A DNA stretch of 64,000 nt from Bugula neritina. Lineage: Eukaryota > Animalia > Bryozoa. Both the position numbers and the translations under genes were made by a program. Of this stretch, positions 42,198 through 54,919 are shown one piece after another (the stretch's first letter is position 1; every line of letters starts with the position of its first letter). The notes beneath the pieces were generated by a model, which was not told the DNA's origin, made no database searches, and was given only the letters and a program-made list of their open reading frames with translations. The stretch lies in contig OZ037767.1 of the NCBI GenBank assembly GCA_964035545.1, forward strand, positions 879,680-943,679. The letters are read 5' to 3'.

Positions 42198-45100
42198 ATG
42201 TTTGAGTGTGATCTACTCTACACCATCGTTTATATGCAGGTTTGCTCTTTAGTAGTGGGCAATGATTACATAGATTTCTTAACATCATACGAGACATTTA
42301 CTCCAGTCGTAGAATCGAGTATAATTCAGCGTAGAGTAGGGCGCTCTTTTCTAGGAAAGGCGGGTGGTTCGCACAATGCCCCTTATATTTATACATTCAG
42401 TGGGTTTGGTCGCAACTTTACTTTAATTTTAACAAGACAGGAGCTGTTTGCTGAGAAGCCCGTAATCTCTATACATGAACGAAGAGGTCGTGTACAAGAA
42501 CAAGAGCTCAATGTTGAAAAATATGTAAAAGGAACACTTGTCGGTGAGTTGCCTTCACCTCAGCATGAGAATTCTCTCTTCAGCAAGATACTGTAATTAA
42601 ATGGATTCTCTGCTTAATGTTATCTTACAGAGGTCCCTTGGTTAGACTATGGTAATATTATAACTTGTGTTACGTTATGTCATGCTGAGTTTTCAAAAAG
42701 GAAATATTTGTGAATATGAACTAATAATTCAAGTGTCGTGATTTTCACAAAAGTGAGATTATTATGTAACAAACAGGTGAGCCTAGTTCTACAGCACAGG
42801 GAATCTTGCAAAGGGACGGCACATTTGATGGCGTGTTTGAATCACCCTCCTTGAATGAGACGTTTTATATTCTACCTGCCCGCAAGTATTCCCAAGTTAG
42901 GTCAGACAACTCCCAGATCCTTCACAGGTAATACTAGCAGGTTATATACAGGTAGTAGTAGGTTATATACAGGTAGTAGTAGCAGGTTATATACAGGTAG
43001 TAGTAGCAGGTTATATACAGGTAATGGTAGCAGGTTATATACAGGAAATACTAGCAGGTTATATACAGGTAATGGTAGCATACATAATATCACCATGCAT
43101 CATTTCCTGTTATGTACTTCCTGTTATAACCGTAGGTTCTCTGACCTCAACTTCACTGCTTACCCGGACTTGTTGAAGAAGATGCGGGGCGTCCACCCCC
43201 CTCCCCAATCCCTCCACCCCCCTGAAGCTAGCATTCGTCCTCCTAGTGTAAGTGTACTTTGTCTGCAAATATAAACTAACCGGGCAAAGGAAGACTGACT
43301 ACACACTTGATCTCTAACTTACCTTATTTCTTGAGAGCTCATTGTCTTATCTATACTGTTAGATTACAAGTGGAATTCTATTTTATATTAAGTATATTTC
43401 TATTACTTTTTACTATTATGTATTGTTTTGCTATTTTATTCTATACTTCTACTAATATACTCTCTTTCTGCCATTTAATCCAGATTTACTAGTCTATTTA
43501 CATCACTGCTGTGAGGCCTATTGAGGTGCTGGTGTGAGGCCTATTGAGGTGCTGGTGTGAGGCCTAATGAGGTGCTGGTGTGAGGCCTAATGAGGTGCTG
43601 GTGTGAGGCTTAATGAGGTGCAGGTGTGAGGCCTATTGAGGTGCTGGTGTTAGGCCTATTGAGGTGCTGGCGTGTGACCGGGCTAAGTGCATATTACGTG
43701 TTTCTGACATTACCTCCAGATGAAAGAGAGGCAGTTTAGCACTCAAAGTGGCCCGAGAAAGAAGAGAGAGCAGAAGCCACTTCCTGCTATGCATTGTCCT
43801 CTCCACGTCTACGTAGATCACAGATTTTATGAAGAGATCGGGCATCGCAATCCCAAGGGTTTGTAGCGAGATAGTCTGAGTATATACTCTGTAGGTACAT
43901 AATATACTGTATGAGATAGTCTGAGTATATACTCTGTAGGTACATAATATACTGTATGAGATAGTCTGAGTATATACTCTGTAGGTACATAATATACTGT
44001 ATGAGATAGTCTGAGTATATACTCTGTAGGTACATAATATACTGTATGAGATAGTCTGAGTATATACTCTGTAGGTATATAGTATACTGTATGAGATAGT
44101 CTGAGTATATACTCTGTAGGTACATAATATACTGTATGAGATAGTCTGAGTATATACTCTGTAGGTACATAATATACTGTATGAGATAGTCTGAGTATAC
44201 ACTCTCTAGGTACATAATATACTGTATGAGATAGTCTGAGTATATACTCTGTAGGTACATAATATACTGTATGAGATAGTCTGAGTATATACTCTGTAGG
44301 TACATAATATACTGTATGAGATAGTCTGAGTATATACTCTGTAGGTACATAGTATACTGTATGAGATAGTCTGAGTATACACTCTCTAGGTACATAATAT
44401 ACTGTATGAGATAGTCTGAGTATATACTCTGTAGGTACATAACATACTGTATGAGATAGTCTGAGTATATACTCTGTAGGTACATAATATACTGTATGAG
44501 ATAGTCTGAGTATATACTCTGTAGGTACTATAGATGAAGTCGTCTATCATATTGGGGAAGCTGACAGGATTTTTAGATCAACTTCATTTGATGGTCTGGG
44601 TACGTGTCATAATAGTCAAAGCTCTTCTCATTATACTAGGAGTTATGTTCTCTTGTTATGTAATAAACTTGGTCTAATCAAACGCTCCCCTCTACTCCGT
44701 GTGTAACAGCTACTCTAATCTCAGTATTTGTAACAGGAAGCAGTAATAACATTGGCTTCATAATTGCCAAGATTACTCTCTACAAGACCAGGAGTGTTGA
44801 CCCCCTCGCAGACGTCGTGTCGGGAGACGACTCCCAGACTTACCTCAACAGATTCTCTACTTTGAACCACGAGGACTACTGTATGGGTGGGTGACTATAC
44901 ACCCTTAGCTTTTGTAGCAGCTAGCCTTAGTACTCTAACAGTGTGTTGTAGTACTGTTACTAGTGTGTCGTAGTACTGTTACTAGTGTGTCGTAGTACTG
45001 TTACTAGTGTGTTGTAGTACTGTTACTAGTGTGTTGTAGTACTGTTACTAGTGTGTTGTTGTACTATTACTAGTGTGTTGTAGTACTGTTACTAGTGTGT

Positions 45101-48100
45101 AGTAGTACTGTTACTAGTGTGTTGTAGTACTGTTACTAGTGTGTTGTAGTACTGTTACTAGTGTGTCGTAGTACTGTTACTAGTGTGTTGTAGTACTGTT
45201 ACTAGTGTGTTGTAGTGTTACTAGTGTGTAGTAGTACTGTTACTAGTGTGTCGTAGTACTGTTACTAATGTGTTTCAGGTATAATATTCACAGTAGTGGA
45301 TTTTGCCCAAGGAGTCCTTGGCCTAGCCTGGATAGCTGAGGATAGCTCCCTCGGGTCGGGGGTGTGTAGCAGCCCCTTTGTCTTCCGAAACAACTCTGTG
45401 CTCTACTTCAACTCTGCTATTGTGTCTCAGAAAAACTATGGTGTGAGTTGAAATCAATAATTATATAATATTATCTTGGTTACTAGTATAATATGTAATA
45501 TATCAATTGCTAGTTTTTTCAACTATATTTTCTGAAAATTCAGTCATGTAAATAAATCCTGTAAAAGTATTTTTAAATGTATTATTTCTATTTTCTTGAA
45601 ATTTGCGGTTTGATTTGTCGATTTGATTGATAAGGATTGTTGACAAGCTTTGACTCTGCAGGTAAGAAAAGGTGTTGAAGTTTCATGTCTCTGTGAAGGT
45701 CTTGCAGTAGTAAGTGTTTTGTAGAAAATCATATCACGTCCAATGTTCTCAATCACCGTCACTCATGAACTGGGACACGCTTTCGGGTCTGAGCATGACG
45801 ACGTCCAGCGGTATTCGTGCGCCCCAGGGGGGCTCGCCGGTAACTACATCATGTTCCATTTGTCGGGAGACGGTCTGAAACCCAATCACTTCCGATTCTC
45901 GGCCTGCTCCATCAACTCCATGTACAGAGTGTTGTACATCCGTATGCAGATACGTGCAGACGTCTGCTTTCTTCAGAAGTATGCAGGATTCTGCGGCAAC
46001 ATTTTCATAGACAGTAAGTTCTAGTAGCAGTTTTATAGAGAGTAAGTTCTAGTAGAAGTTTTATAGATAGCAAGTTCTAGTAGAAGTTTTATAGACAGCA
46101 AGTTTTAGTAGAAGTTTTATAGACAGCAAGTTCTAGTAGAAGTTTTATAGATAGCAAGTTCTTCCTGTTTATTCTGTAGACTCAGAAGAGTGCGACTGCG
46201 GGGGTACTGCATCCTGCCCCTCTATTGACTCTTGCTGTAGTGTGTTCTCAGCTAACTCTTCTACACAATGCAAACTCAAGTGAGTACATTGATATACACA
46301 CGTATACACCACTAATATATATGTATACACCACTAATATACATATATACACAACTAATATACATATATACACTACTAATATACATGTATACACCACTAAT
46401 ATACATAAATACACCACTAATATACATTTATACACCACTAATATACATGTATATACTACTAATATATATGTATACACCACTAATATACATGTATACACAC
46501 TAATATACATGTATACACCACTAATATACATGTATACACACTAATATACATGTATATACCTCTAATATACATGTATATACTACTAATATACATGTATACA
46601 TCACTAATATACATGTATACACCACTAATATACATGTATACACCACTAATATACATGTATGCACTACTAATATACATGTATGTACCACTATGTAGCCTCA
46701 ATAGCAACAACCAATTTATTTAGAAATAATTTTATTATTAACTTGTGCTCTAAGCTAAAGTACATTTTAAAATTTATTCCCCGCAGATATAAAAATACAT
46801 TTACGAAGTATAAAAATTACAAAGAAAATCACATCAATATAACTTATATTTATAAATATTAATTTGTATTATAATATTAAAACCATATGTACAACTAGCA
46901 AACTTAATATAATACTGTGAATAACCAGGACTGTCTTCCTAGTGTACTAGTTTAGGTAGTTGCCAGTTGTTAATTACCAGTTGCTAGTTGCCAGCTGCTA
47001 ATTACCAGTTGCCTGTTGCTAGTTGCCTGTTGCTAGTTGCCAGTAGCCAGTTGCTGATTGCCAGTTGCTGATTGCCTGTTGCTAGTTGCCAGTTGCTACT
47101 TGCCAGTTGCTGACTACTCATGTAGGCCAACGTCCAAGTGCTCCGCCATGGCCTCACGCTGCTGCTCGTCTCAAACGTGTGACTTTATTCCGGCGGATAA
47201 GATGGAGCTCTGCAGCAACAGCTCTGAGTGTGCGGAGAAATCGTACTGTGACGGGCGTAGTGCTGGCTGTCCCCCAGCCGTGCCACTCCCTGATGGAACG
47301 CAGTGTAACCAGAATCTCAAGGTAAATCTTACCTGTATCCAGGTGTATATATTATACAGGTATATTATATAATATACAGGTATATATATAATATACAGGT
47401 ATATATAATATACAGGTATATATAATATACAGGTATATTATATAATATACAGGTATACATAATATACAGGTGTGCCAAGGTGGACAATGCTCACAAACTC
47501 TGTGTAGCTATCACGGCTATGAAGATTGTTATTGCCAGGAAGTCCAACAGCGCTGCCTTATTTGCTGCCTGAATACGACAACCGACCAATGTTTACCTGC
47601 CTCTACGCTGGGTATAGTAGGTAAGTATATAGTGTATAGTAGAGAGTATATAGTAGAGAGTATATAGTATAGTATATAGTATATAGTAGAGAGTATACAA
47701 GTATATAGTAGAGAGTATACAAGTATATAGTAGAGAGTATACAAGTATATAGTAGAGAGTATACAAGTATATAGTAGAGAGTATACAAGTATATAGTAGA
47801 GAGTATATAGTAGAGAGTATATAGTAGAGAGTATGTAGTATATAGTAGAAAGTATAGTATATAGTAGAAAGTATATAGTAGAGAGTATATAGTATATAGT
47901 ATATAGTATATACTATTAAAGTTGTCTTCTCTTGTCTCTCTGCAGACGCCGGTAAAGGAAACATCCCGGTGAACGGGTTGTGTCAAAATGGAGTTGGATT
48001 CTGTGACGAGGAGCTCACATGCCGCCAGTTGGATGACAAACACCTCAGATCTGACATAGCCAGACTGTTCAAGGACTCTACTAGCGTCACCCTAAACTTC

Positions 48101-48968
48101 CTTGCTAACAACTGGTACTCAGGCTATACTGTTTCCTATTGTTATAGTGTACTCTGATGTTGCCATAGCAACAGAAGAATATACTATACCATAATGCACT
48201 GGGAGTTGTGTGCTCTATGTCACATGTGTTTACTGGTGTCTATTATGTTGCAGGTACATTGCCATACTCTCTGTAACTGGAGTGGCTTTCCTTGTTGTCA
48301 TATTTATGCTGGTCCACAGGAAAGCTAAACCTGTTCAGTCTATGGCCTACAAAGATGGCAGAATGGCTTACGCCTGGTTTGAGGCTCGGCTGAGGCTGCA
48401 GAAGGTATGAATATTGTTGCCATGACTTCATTTGTTCAGACAGTTTTAATAATGTGCTACCAGCAAATACCTGGAAGTATATTGTATTACCAGAAGTTAT
48501 TTCAACATAAACTAAAAGTTTTACACCATAGTTGATGACTCAACACTCTCAGTTTATTTTCCTACGTTTAGCATAAATGCTGAGAGAGTTTATTGCTAGT
48601 ATCTTTGTATTTTGGTAATAATTGTAGATTGAGAAAGAGTTGGAGGAGTTGGAAGCTTATGAACCTCCCCAAACTTATTCCTATCCAGTGGCAATTCACA
48701 GGCTATCCTATCAGTTCCCGTCTGCACCTAAGTCGGTCATCTCAGAGTGAGTTTACGTACGGAGTTTGGCTGCTGTCATTCTCATGATTATCTCTCACTC
48801 TTTCTCTCACTCACTCACTCACTCACTCACTCACTCACTCACTCCCTCACTCTTTCTTTCACTCTTTCTTTCACTAGGTTAATCTTGCAAAGTGGTAAAG
48901 AAGTAGAAGCAGTAAAACTCCTCATTCTCTCCGGTTATCCAATGAAAAGACTTCTTACTGATGACTGA
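42198..48968 (+). CDS. ADAM10: ADAM10/kuzbanian-like disintegrin metalloprotease, 15 exons, ~800 aa
   Basis: Exons 42198-42543, 42777-42927, 43136-43247, 43720-43858, 44525-44599, 44737-44886, 45279-45442, 45725-46013, 46180-46279, 47126-47321, 47470-47620, 47946-48114, 48254-48404, 48628-48746, 48878-48968 (2403 nt). Furin site RKKR, GVLGLAW, zinc motif HELGHAFGSEHD, Met-turn GNYIMF, disintegrin EECDCG, Cys-rich region, TM segment YIAILSVTGVAFLVVIFMLV. Divergent, so probably a paralog rather than the strict ortholog. Confidence 0.88.
43510..43672. repeat. 23-bp repeat GTGTGAGGCCTATTGAGGTGCTG x7
   Basis: Directly visible. Confidence 0.9.
43868..44528 (+). repeat. 45-bp x~15 repeat spanning the ADAM exon-5 acceptor
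   Basis: Unit GAGATAGTCTGAGTATATACTCTGTAG|GTACATAATATACTGTAT. Confidence 0.96.
44940..45273. repeat. 22-bp repeat TAGTGTGTTGTAGTACTGTTAC
   Basis: Runs up to the ADAM exon-7 acceptor. Confidence 0.93.
46002..46161 (+). repeat. 28-bp x6 repeat spanning the ADAM exon-8 donor
   Basis: Unit TTTTATAGACA|G(T/C)AAGTTCTAGTAGAAG. Confidence 0.9.
46290..46682. repeat. 21-bp repeat TATACACCACTAATATACATG
   Basis: Directly visible. Confidence 0.9.
47626..47912. repeat. GTATATAGTAGAGA-type microsatellite
   Basis: Reverse complement of the repeat family at 28700/29415/62940. Confidence 0.9.
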
Positions 48969-50880
48969 GCCTTAGAAACTTATCTCGAATATGATTAGTC
49001 AAAACCTGCTTACTATATCAGAGTTTTTGTTACAATGAATCCACTTTTATCATTTCATGATTTTTTATTGCTACTTTATAACCACATGGCCTTGATAAGT
49101 ATAATATATTGTCTCATCTGTAACGTTTTAGTTGGAGTTGCTTTCTTAATGTGATGTAGCTTGCATTTACAGAGTGCAAAGAGCTCTCTCTAGACCACTG
49201 CGTTCCTTCCTTCAACACTTCATTTTGTTTGCATTTGGGTCTGCGCATGCAAAATATATATAGCGACAATTAATTACCAAACAAGCTCATATTGCACTTT
49301 AACTCCAGTTTAATGCTGACTCACAATCATGATGGCAGATTTTTATAAAATGACTGCTTTCATATACCTGTATATACACCGCAGCAGATCAGCTTCATAT
49401 ACACAAAAGACATGTCCAGAAAGGACATGTCTTTTGTGAAAAACACTTCTTAAAACTTCCAATGCAGATATTTTCCTGCCAATTGCTGCCTGGATTTTGC
49501 AGAGATAGAGAAGCCATTTCCGTGGCACTCGTCTTATAGCCTGTCGTGTTTGAACTGTTCAGCCAACTAGAGAGGATGTCTTGTTTTCAGGTTTTTTAGA
49601 ATTTTCAAATTCCTCAAATTCTTGTCACGCTATACATTAGAAAGGCTCTAGAATGTCTTCCCCGGCAGCAGTGCTACCTCGTGCTGCCATATGATCTAGA
49701 AACTTCTCAGAACTAATTAAACAAGTCTTGAAATGAGGGTCTATCGCTAATAATAAAGTGTAATTGTGCTCAATAACATACAATCTTATTTCATTCTACC
49801 TACATGATGCTGTTTGTTTATATTCATATAAACACCAGTTTATCAGGGGAGTAAATATTGCATAGTTTATGGCCAATTATATGCCCCTGGGCTGGTGTGA
49901 AGTGATAATTTATTTACGAACCATTTTGTATTATTAAGCTAGGAATTAAATTCCTCACTCACATTGTAGCACTTCTGTTTACTAGAAAAATAGGCTTAGA
50001 ACTGTTTCAGCTCTACAACTGAATAATACAACTGGCTCAGCTCTATGCAACTAAGAAAGATTTCATTTAGAAGTAACTATTAAAGTTGAGGTTATATTCA
50101 TAAACTTCAAGTGCACTGTGTCCTATTATATTGATAGTTATATTACAATAATTCTTAGAGCAGAAGGCATTTAGCACACTTGCTACTCTACTGGATTTGA
50201 TCATTGTCCAACAATCTGATGTCTTCTAATAGGAAAATATAGGTAAGCTGTTATATACTACATAATCTGAGCATAGGTTAGGAAATAATGGTGACTGCAG
50301 TTATGTTAGATGTAACCTGGCAGTATTAATTCTATCAATCAGGTGCTGCTAGTGAGCTGTGTTGGCGTATCATTTGTTTGTTGGTTAAAAGTCTAACAGC
50401 CGGGACTTCACTGCAAATTTACAGAGAAAAATATTTGGAAAATGATAGAAAACCAGACACATGCATATTTATATCTATGAAATATTATATAATATGACAT
50501 TTATATACTGTGAAATATTATATAATATGACATTTATATACTATAAAATATTATATAATAGGACATATATATACTATGAAATATTATTATATTATTACAA
50601 ATGGTGTACTATATAAGCATTACCAGTCTATATATTAGCCAAATCCAACTATTGTAGCTACTTGGCAAGAAAATATACTAGACAAGCTTATTTATAGTTT
50701 ATTGTATTTCTTTAATAACAATTTAATGTGCCAGCATCCTTTTTCCAAGGCATTGTTGGTATCGTGTACAGCTGTTCAACAAGATGTAGATCTGGTATAT
50801 CTACTTTATTTAGAAAAATAGTGTAAAAGTTGTGTATATCATTTACAATTATTAAATTTACTGTACTTAGTAGTGTATCA

Positions 50881-51287
50881 TGACTAGCTGAACAAGTGCT
50901 TGCTATGTGACTAGCTGAACAAGTGCTTGCTGTGTGACTAGCTGAACAAGTGCTTGCTGTGTGACTAGCTGAACAAGTGCTTGCTGTGTGACTAGCTGAA
51001 CAAGTGCTTGCTGTGTGACAAACTGAACAAGTGCTTGCTGTGTGACTAGCTGAACAAGTGCTTGCTATGTGACTAGCTGAACAGGTGCTTGCTGTGTGAC
51101 TAACTGAACAAGTGCTTGCTATGTGACTAGCTGAACAAGTGCTTGCTGTGTGACTAGCTGAACAAGTGCTTGCTGCGTGACTAGCTGAACAAGTGCTTGC
51201 TATGTGACTAGCTGAACAAGTGCTTGCTATGTGAATAGCTGAACAAGTGCTTGCTGTGTGACTAGCTGAACAAGTGCTTGCTATGTG
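50881..51287. repeat. 27-bp repeat TGACTAGCTGAACAAGTGCTTGCTGTG x15
   Basis: Directly visible; upstream of the GPCR CDS. Confidence 0.95.
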
Positions 51288-51919
51288 ATAAATAATGGGG
51301 GTTTAGTCTGCATTACACAATATAAAACAGTATTATAAGGTTTAACAAGTTCACAAACAATAATTGAGCAGCAAAGCCTTTATTTTCTTTCACTGACTAA
51401 TCTTTAGACTTTATTAAACTATTCTACACCCAACCCACTTGTAACTGCAATTTAATTATTATAGTTAGTGCCTGGTAGAAGTTTAGCCATATAGACATTG
51501 TAACTTTTATGAAACTATGTTGCATATTACGTTGAATGGTAAATATTTCAAGTAATATTTATACAAGTTTCCATAATTAGTCTGAGTGTAAATAATTTCA
51601 TTAAAAGGCAGAATAGTGAATATTCATATATTAGGCAATCAGGTAAACCAAGTTGCTGTTGTTGGTTTAACAAATAAAATTAATTTGAGTACAAAGCCCA
51701 AAATTTATAAAATTAAATTTCTTTGCTAAAAAGAGCAATCGTCGATGTAAAACAATATATATTGTATTATAGTATGCTTAGGCTATTAGGTCTATTAAAT
51801 TTTGCATGCTTTTAAATTTAGTAGTTTAAATTTATTTTTCTACTGTGTCATTAATTCCATGTTTTTTATTTATCTTTTAGAAAAACATGTGAAATACATT
51901 AGTATAGTATTGCAATAAC

Positions 51920-54880
51920 ATGGCTGAGAGAGAAGATGAAATATACAACTCAACAACGCAGAGTTGTCTACTCTGTGACACAAGCACTAGGAATACTTCC
52001 AGTGAAAGCACTGATCTCTTTCTTACCTTTTCTATATGTGGTAATATATCTGCACTGATCTCTCTAGTGGGTGTTATTGGTAATGCCTTAAACACAGCAG
52101 TGTTAGTAGGAATAATAAAGAGAAACAAGACGTCCCAGACACCTGTCTACCACCTGCTACTAGCCATGGGTATAGCTGACATGGTGTCACTGCTTTGTGT
52201 CTTTATATACTGTGTCACCATGTTCACAAGATGGCCACCTCTGCTTTGGCAGGTACTTCTTTCTTTTCCCTTCGTTGTATACGTTATACTATAAACAAAA
52301 CTCGTGTTCAGGCAGACAAAATATTTAGTCGTTCCTTTAAAAATAGATGAGGAATTGTCACCCCTTACTCAATAATCCTGCATATATGCATATCTGCTCC
52401 ATAATTATGTAATATTAATGAACAACATTGTAAAAAGTCAAGTTATTTTCTCACGGTGACCATTTTAGTCCTCACCGGTAACAGTTCAACATAGCCAACT
52501 AAATGGCTTTAATCTCACTCTGTTCAACTTTCATTATATAATAAAATATTTCAAATAACCTTCAAAGCAATAAAGATGTCTAACTTATCCCACTTTTTCC
52601 TTCACGCTGTTTTATATTTATGCTGTAGAATCTGAATGATACGCACACAAATTTTGAGCATGTTGTGATGTTCATATGGTTTCTACCTGCGAACCTGTTT
52701 AGTCTAGCGTCCAACTGGTGCATGGTAGCCCTGACAACATTCAGGTGTTTAGCAGTCGTCTTTCCTGTACATGTCTCCCAATGGTGAGCTGTGCCAACAT
52801 TGCTTAGAAAATTAAATTTTATATTTATAAAAGGATGTTTGTTTGAACGACTTGACTGCAAACTCATAAATTATCATAATGACGTGACATTCTCTGACAG
52901 ATGCTCTGCTCTAAAGTCTCATCAAATCTTCGGATATTTCTCGGCACCCAACTCTATAATGTGTATAAAATAGCGTAATCTGGTGCCAAATTAGTGGCTA
53001 TTTGTTACTATCTAGTTAAGAATGACAGCTGTCACATTCCTAATTAATAAAAATAGACATTAAAATTGCCCAATATCATCACGTAACAGTAATAATATTT
53101 TTCAGCAAATCGGTACATGATGAACTTTAGAAAGAAAATTTCAACAGTGCATGGTGAATATTATTGAAAGTGTATGTTCCCTGTAGGTGCACACTTTATA
53201 GGGTGAGACTATCAACGTGTGTTGTATTCACTCTCTCTGTGTTGTTAAATGTTCCTGATTGGCTCACCCTCTCCATTACATCATATCCTGACGGGAGAGT
53301 TCGAGTGAAGGAAACTCCTCTGTACTCGAAACTTTCACTATACTATACTTTATATCAAGTGAGTGAGGAAACTTTCACTATACTATACTTTATATCAAGT
53401 GAGTGAGGAAACTTTCACTATACTATACTTTATATCAAGTGAGTGAGGAAACTTTCACTATACTATACTTTATATCAAGTGAGTGAGGAACATCGAATTA
53501 GAGCTTCTTATTTTATTTAATAATAAATGAACTTTTTACCCCTTAATTTGTGTTACACCAAAGGAGCTAAATGACATTGAAATGATTGAAACTTGAATAG
53601 TTGTTAATTGTAATTTATTAAATTTAATTAAACTTTATACTTGGAAAATTCAACCTGGTGTTGTATATTGTAGACACACAATGTTTGTAGTTAACAAAGT
53701 GTTTACATCCTTGTTTATATATAGTCTTCGTATTCAGGTCATATACTTTCAGGTAGTAGAAGTTATCCTCCCCGTAACAGTGAACTTACTTCTAGTGCTC
53801 GTTATTATATACAATCTCTACAATACCAAAGATGATATAAACAAGCTACTTTCCGACAGCGTTCTGGCAGCGAAAGAGAGAGATAATCGGCGTATTGGCT
53901 ATACACTAGTCTGTATCGTCATCACCTTCATACTGTGTAATTTACCTCAGTACGTATTCATTCCATGAATAGACTTAGTCTCACGCTGATTAAACTGTTT
54001 ATTCGGTGGTGAAATTCTAAATTTTAACTCAACGCTTGCACTTTAATTGCGTTTACTTTCTTTCATAAACAAAGAAATTTGATCTTTAATTATGCTATAA
54101 ATTGTATTTTGTTAAACTTTTATTTGATATACTCAAAGGAAATCTATTTGGTTCTAAACTGGCTATTTATCTACTTATGCTTGGTTAGTTCTTCAAGCAT
54201 TTGTAAAAAATGAAATTAATTGGCCCACCATATTAATTCCTATAATAAATTAATGTTATATTTCGATGCCTAAATTGTTATAATTTCTATTTTGGCAGCT
54301 CTCACAACATCAAACAGCTACTAGAACTTTATGCCAATATATTTATTCTTGACAAAATTGTGTACTGTATTGTAGAATGGTGTATATTATAAGACGGGAC
54401 TACATTGGTTCCAGATTGTCCAATGAGAAAGACTCTTACATGCAGACGCATGCTATTATTGCATCCGTCTTTCAAGTTATCAATCACACAGCCAATGTGT
54501 TTCTATATTGCTTCGTTAATAAACACTACAGGTACTTTCTACTCAGTACTGACTACTACTCTCTACTCAGTACTGTCTACTCTTTACTAATTACTGTCTA
54601 CTCGCTACTCAGTACTGTCTACTCAGTACTGTCTACTCGGTACTTACTAGTTAAAGTCTTGCTATTGCTATACAGTAACTAGCATATAGAATATAAACTT
54701 ATAACTCCAACTAAATCATTGAGTGTGAAATAAATATGTTTTGTTTATATTAAACTTTTTCAGGAACAGGTTTATGCGTATGCTACGAGTCTGTCGACCT
54801 AACTGTGCCTGTCTCCGCCTCCTTAGAGGGTATCGCTCTACTTCTACCTTTTCCACTTCCTCCACTTTTACTGGTATTAC

Positions 54881-54919
<39 letters not shown>

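Noticed and set aside
43868-44528. Regular repeats superficially like a CRISPR array (also 36601 and 50881)
   Set aside because: Head-to-tail units without unique spacers, no cas genes, and a eukaryotic intronic context.
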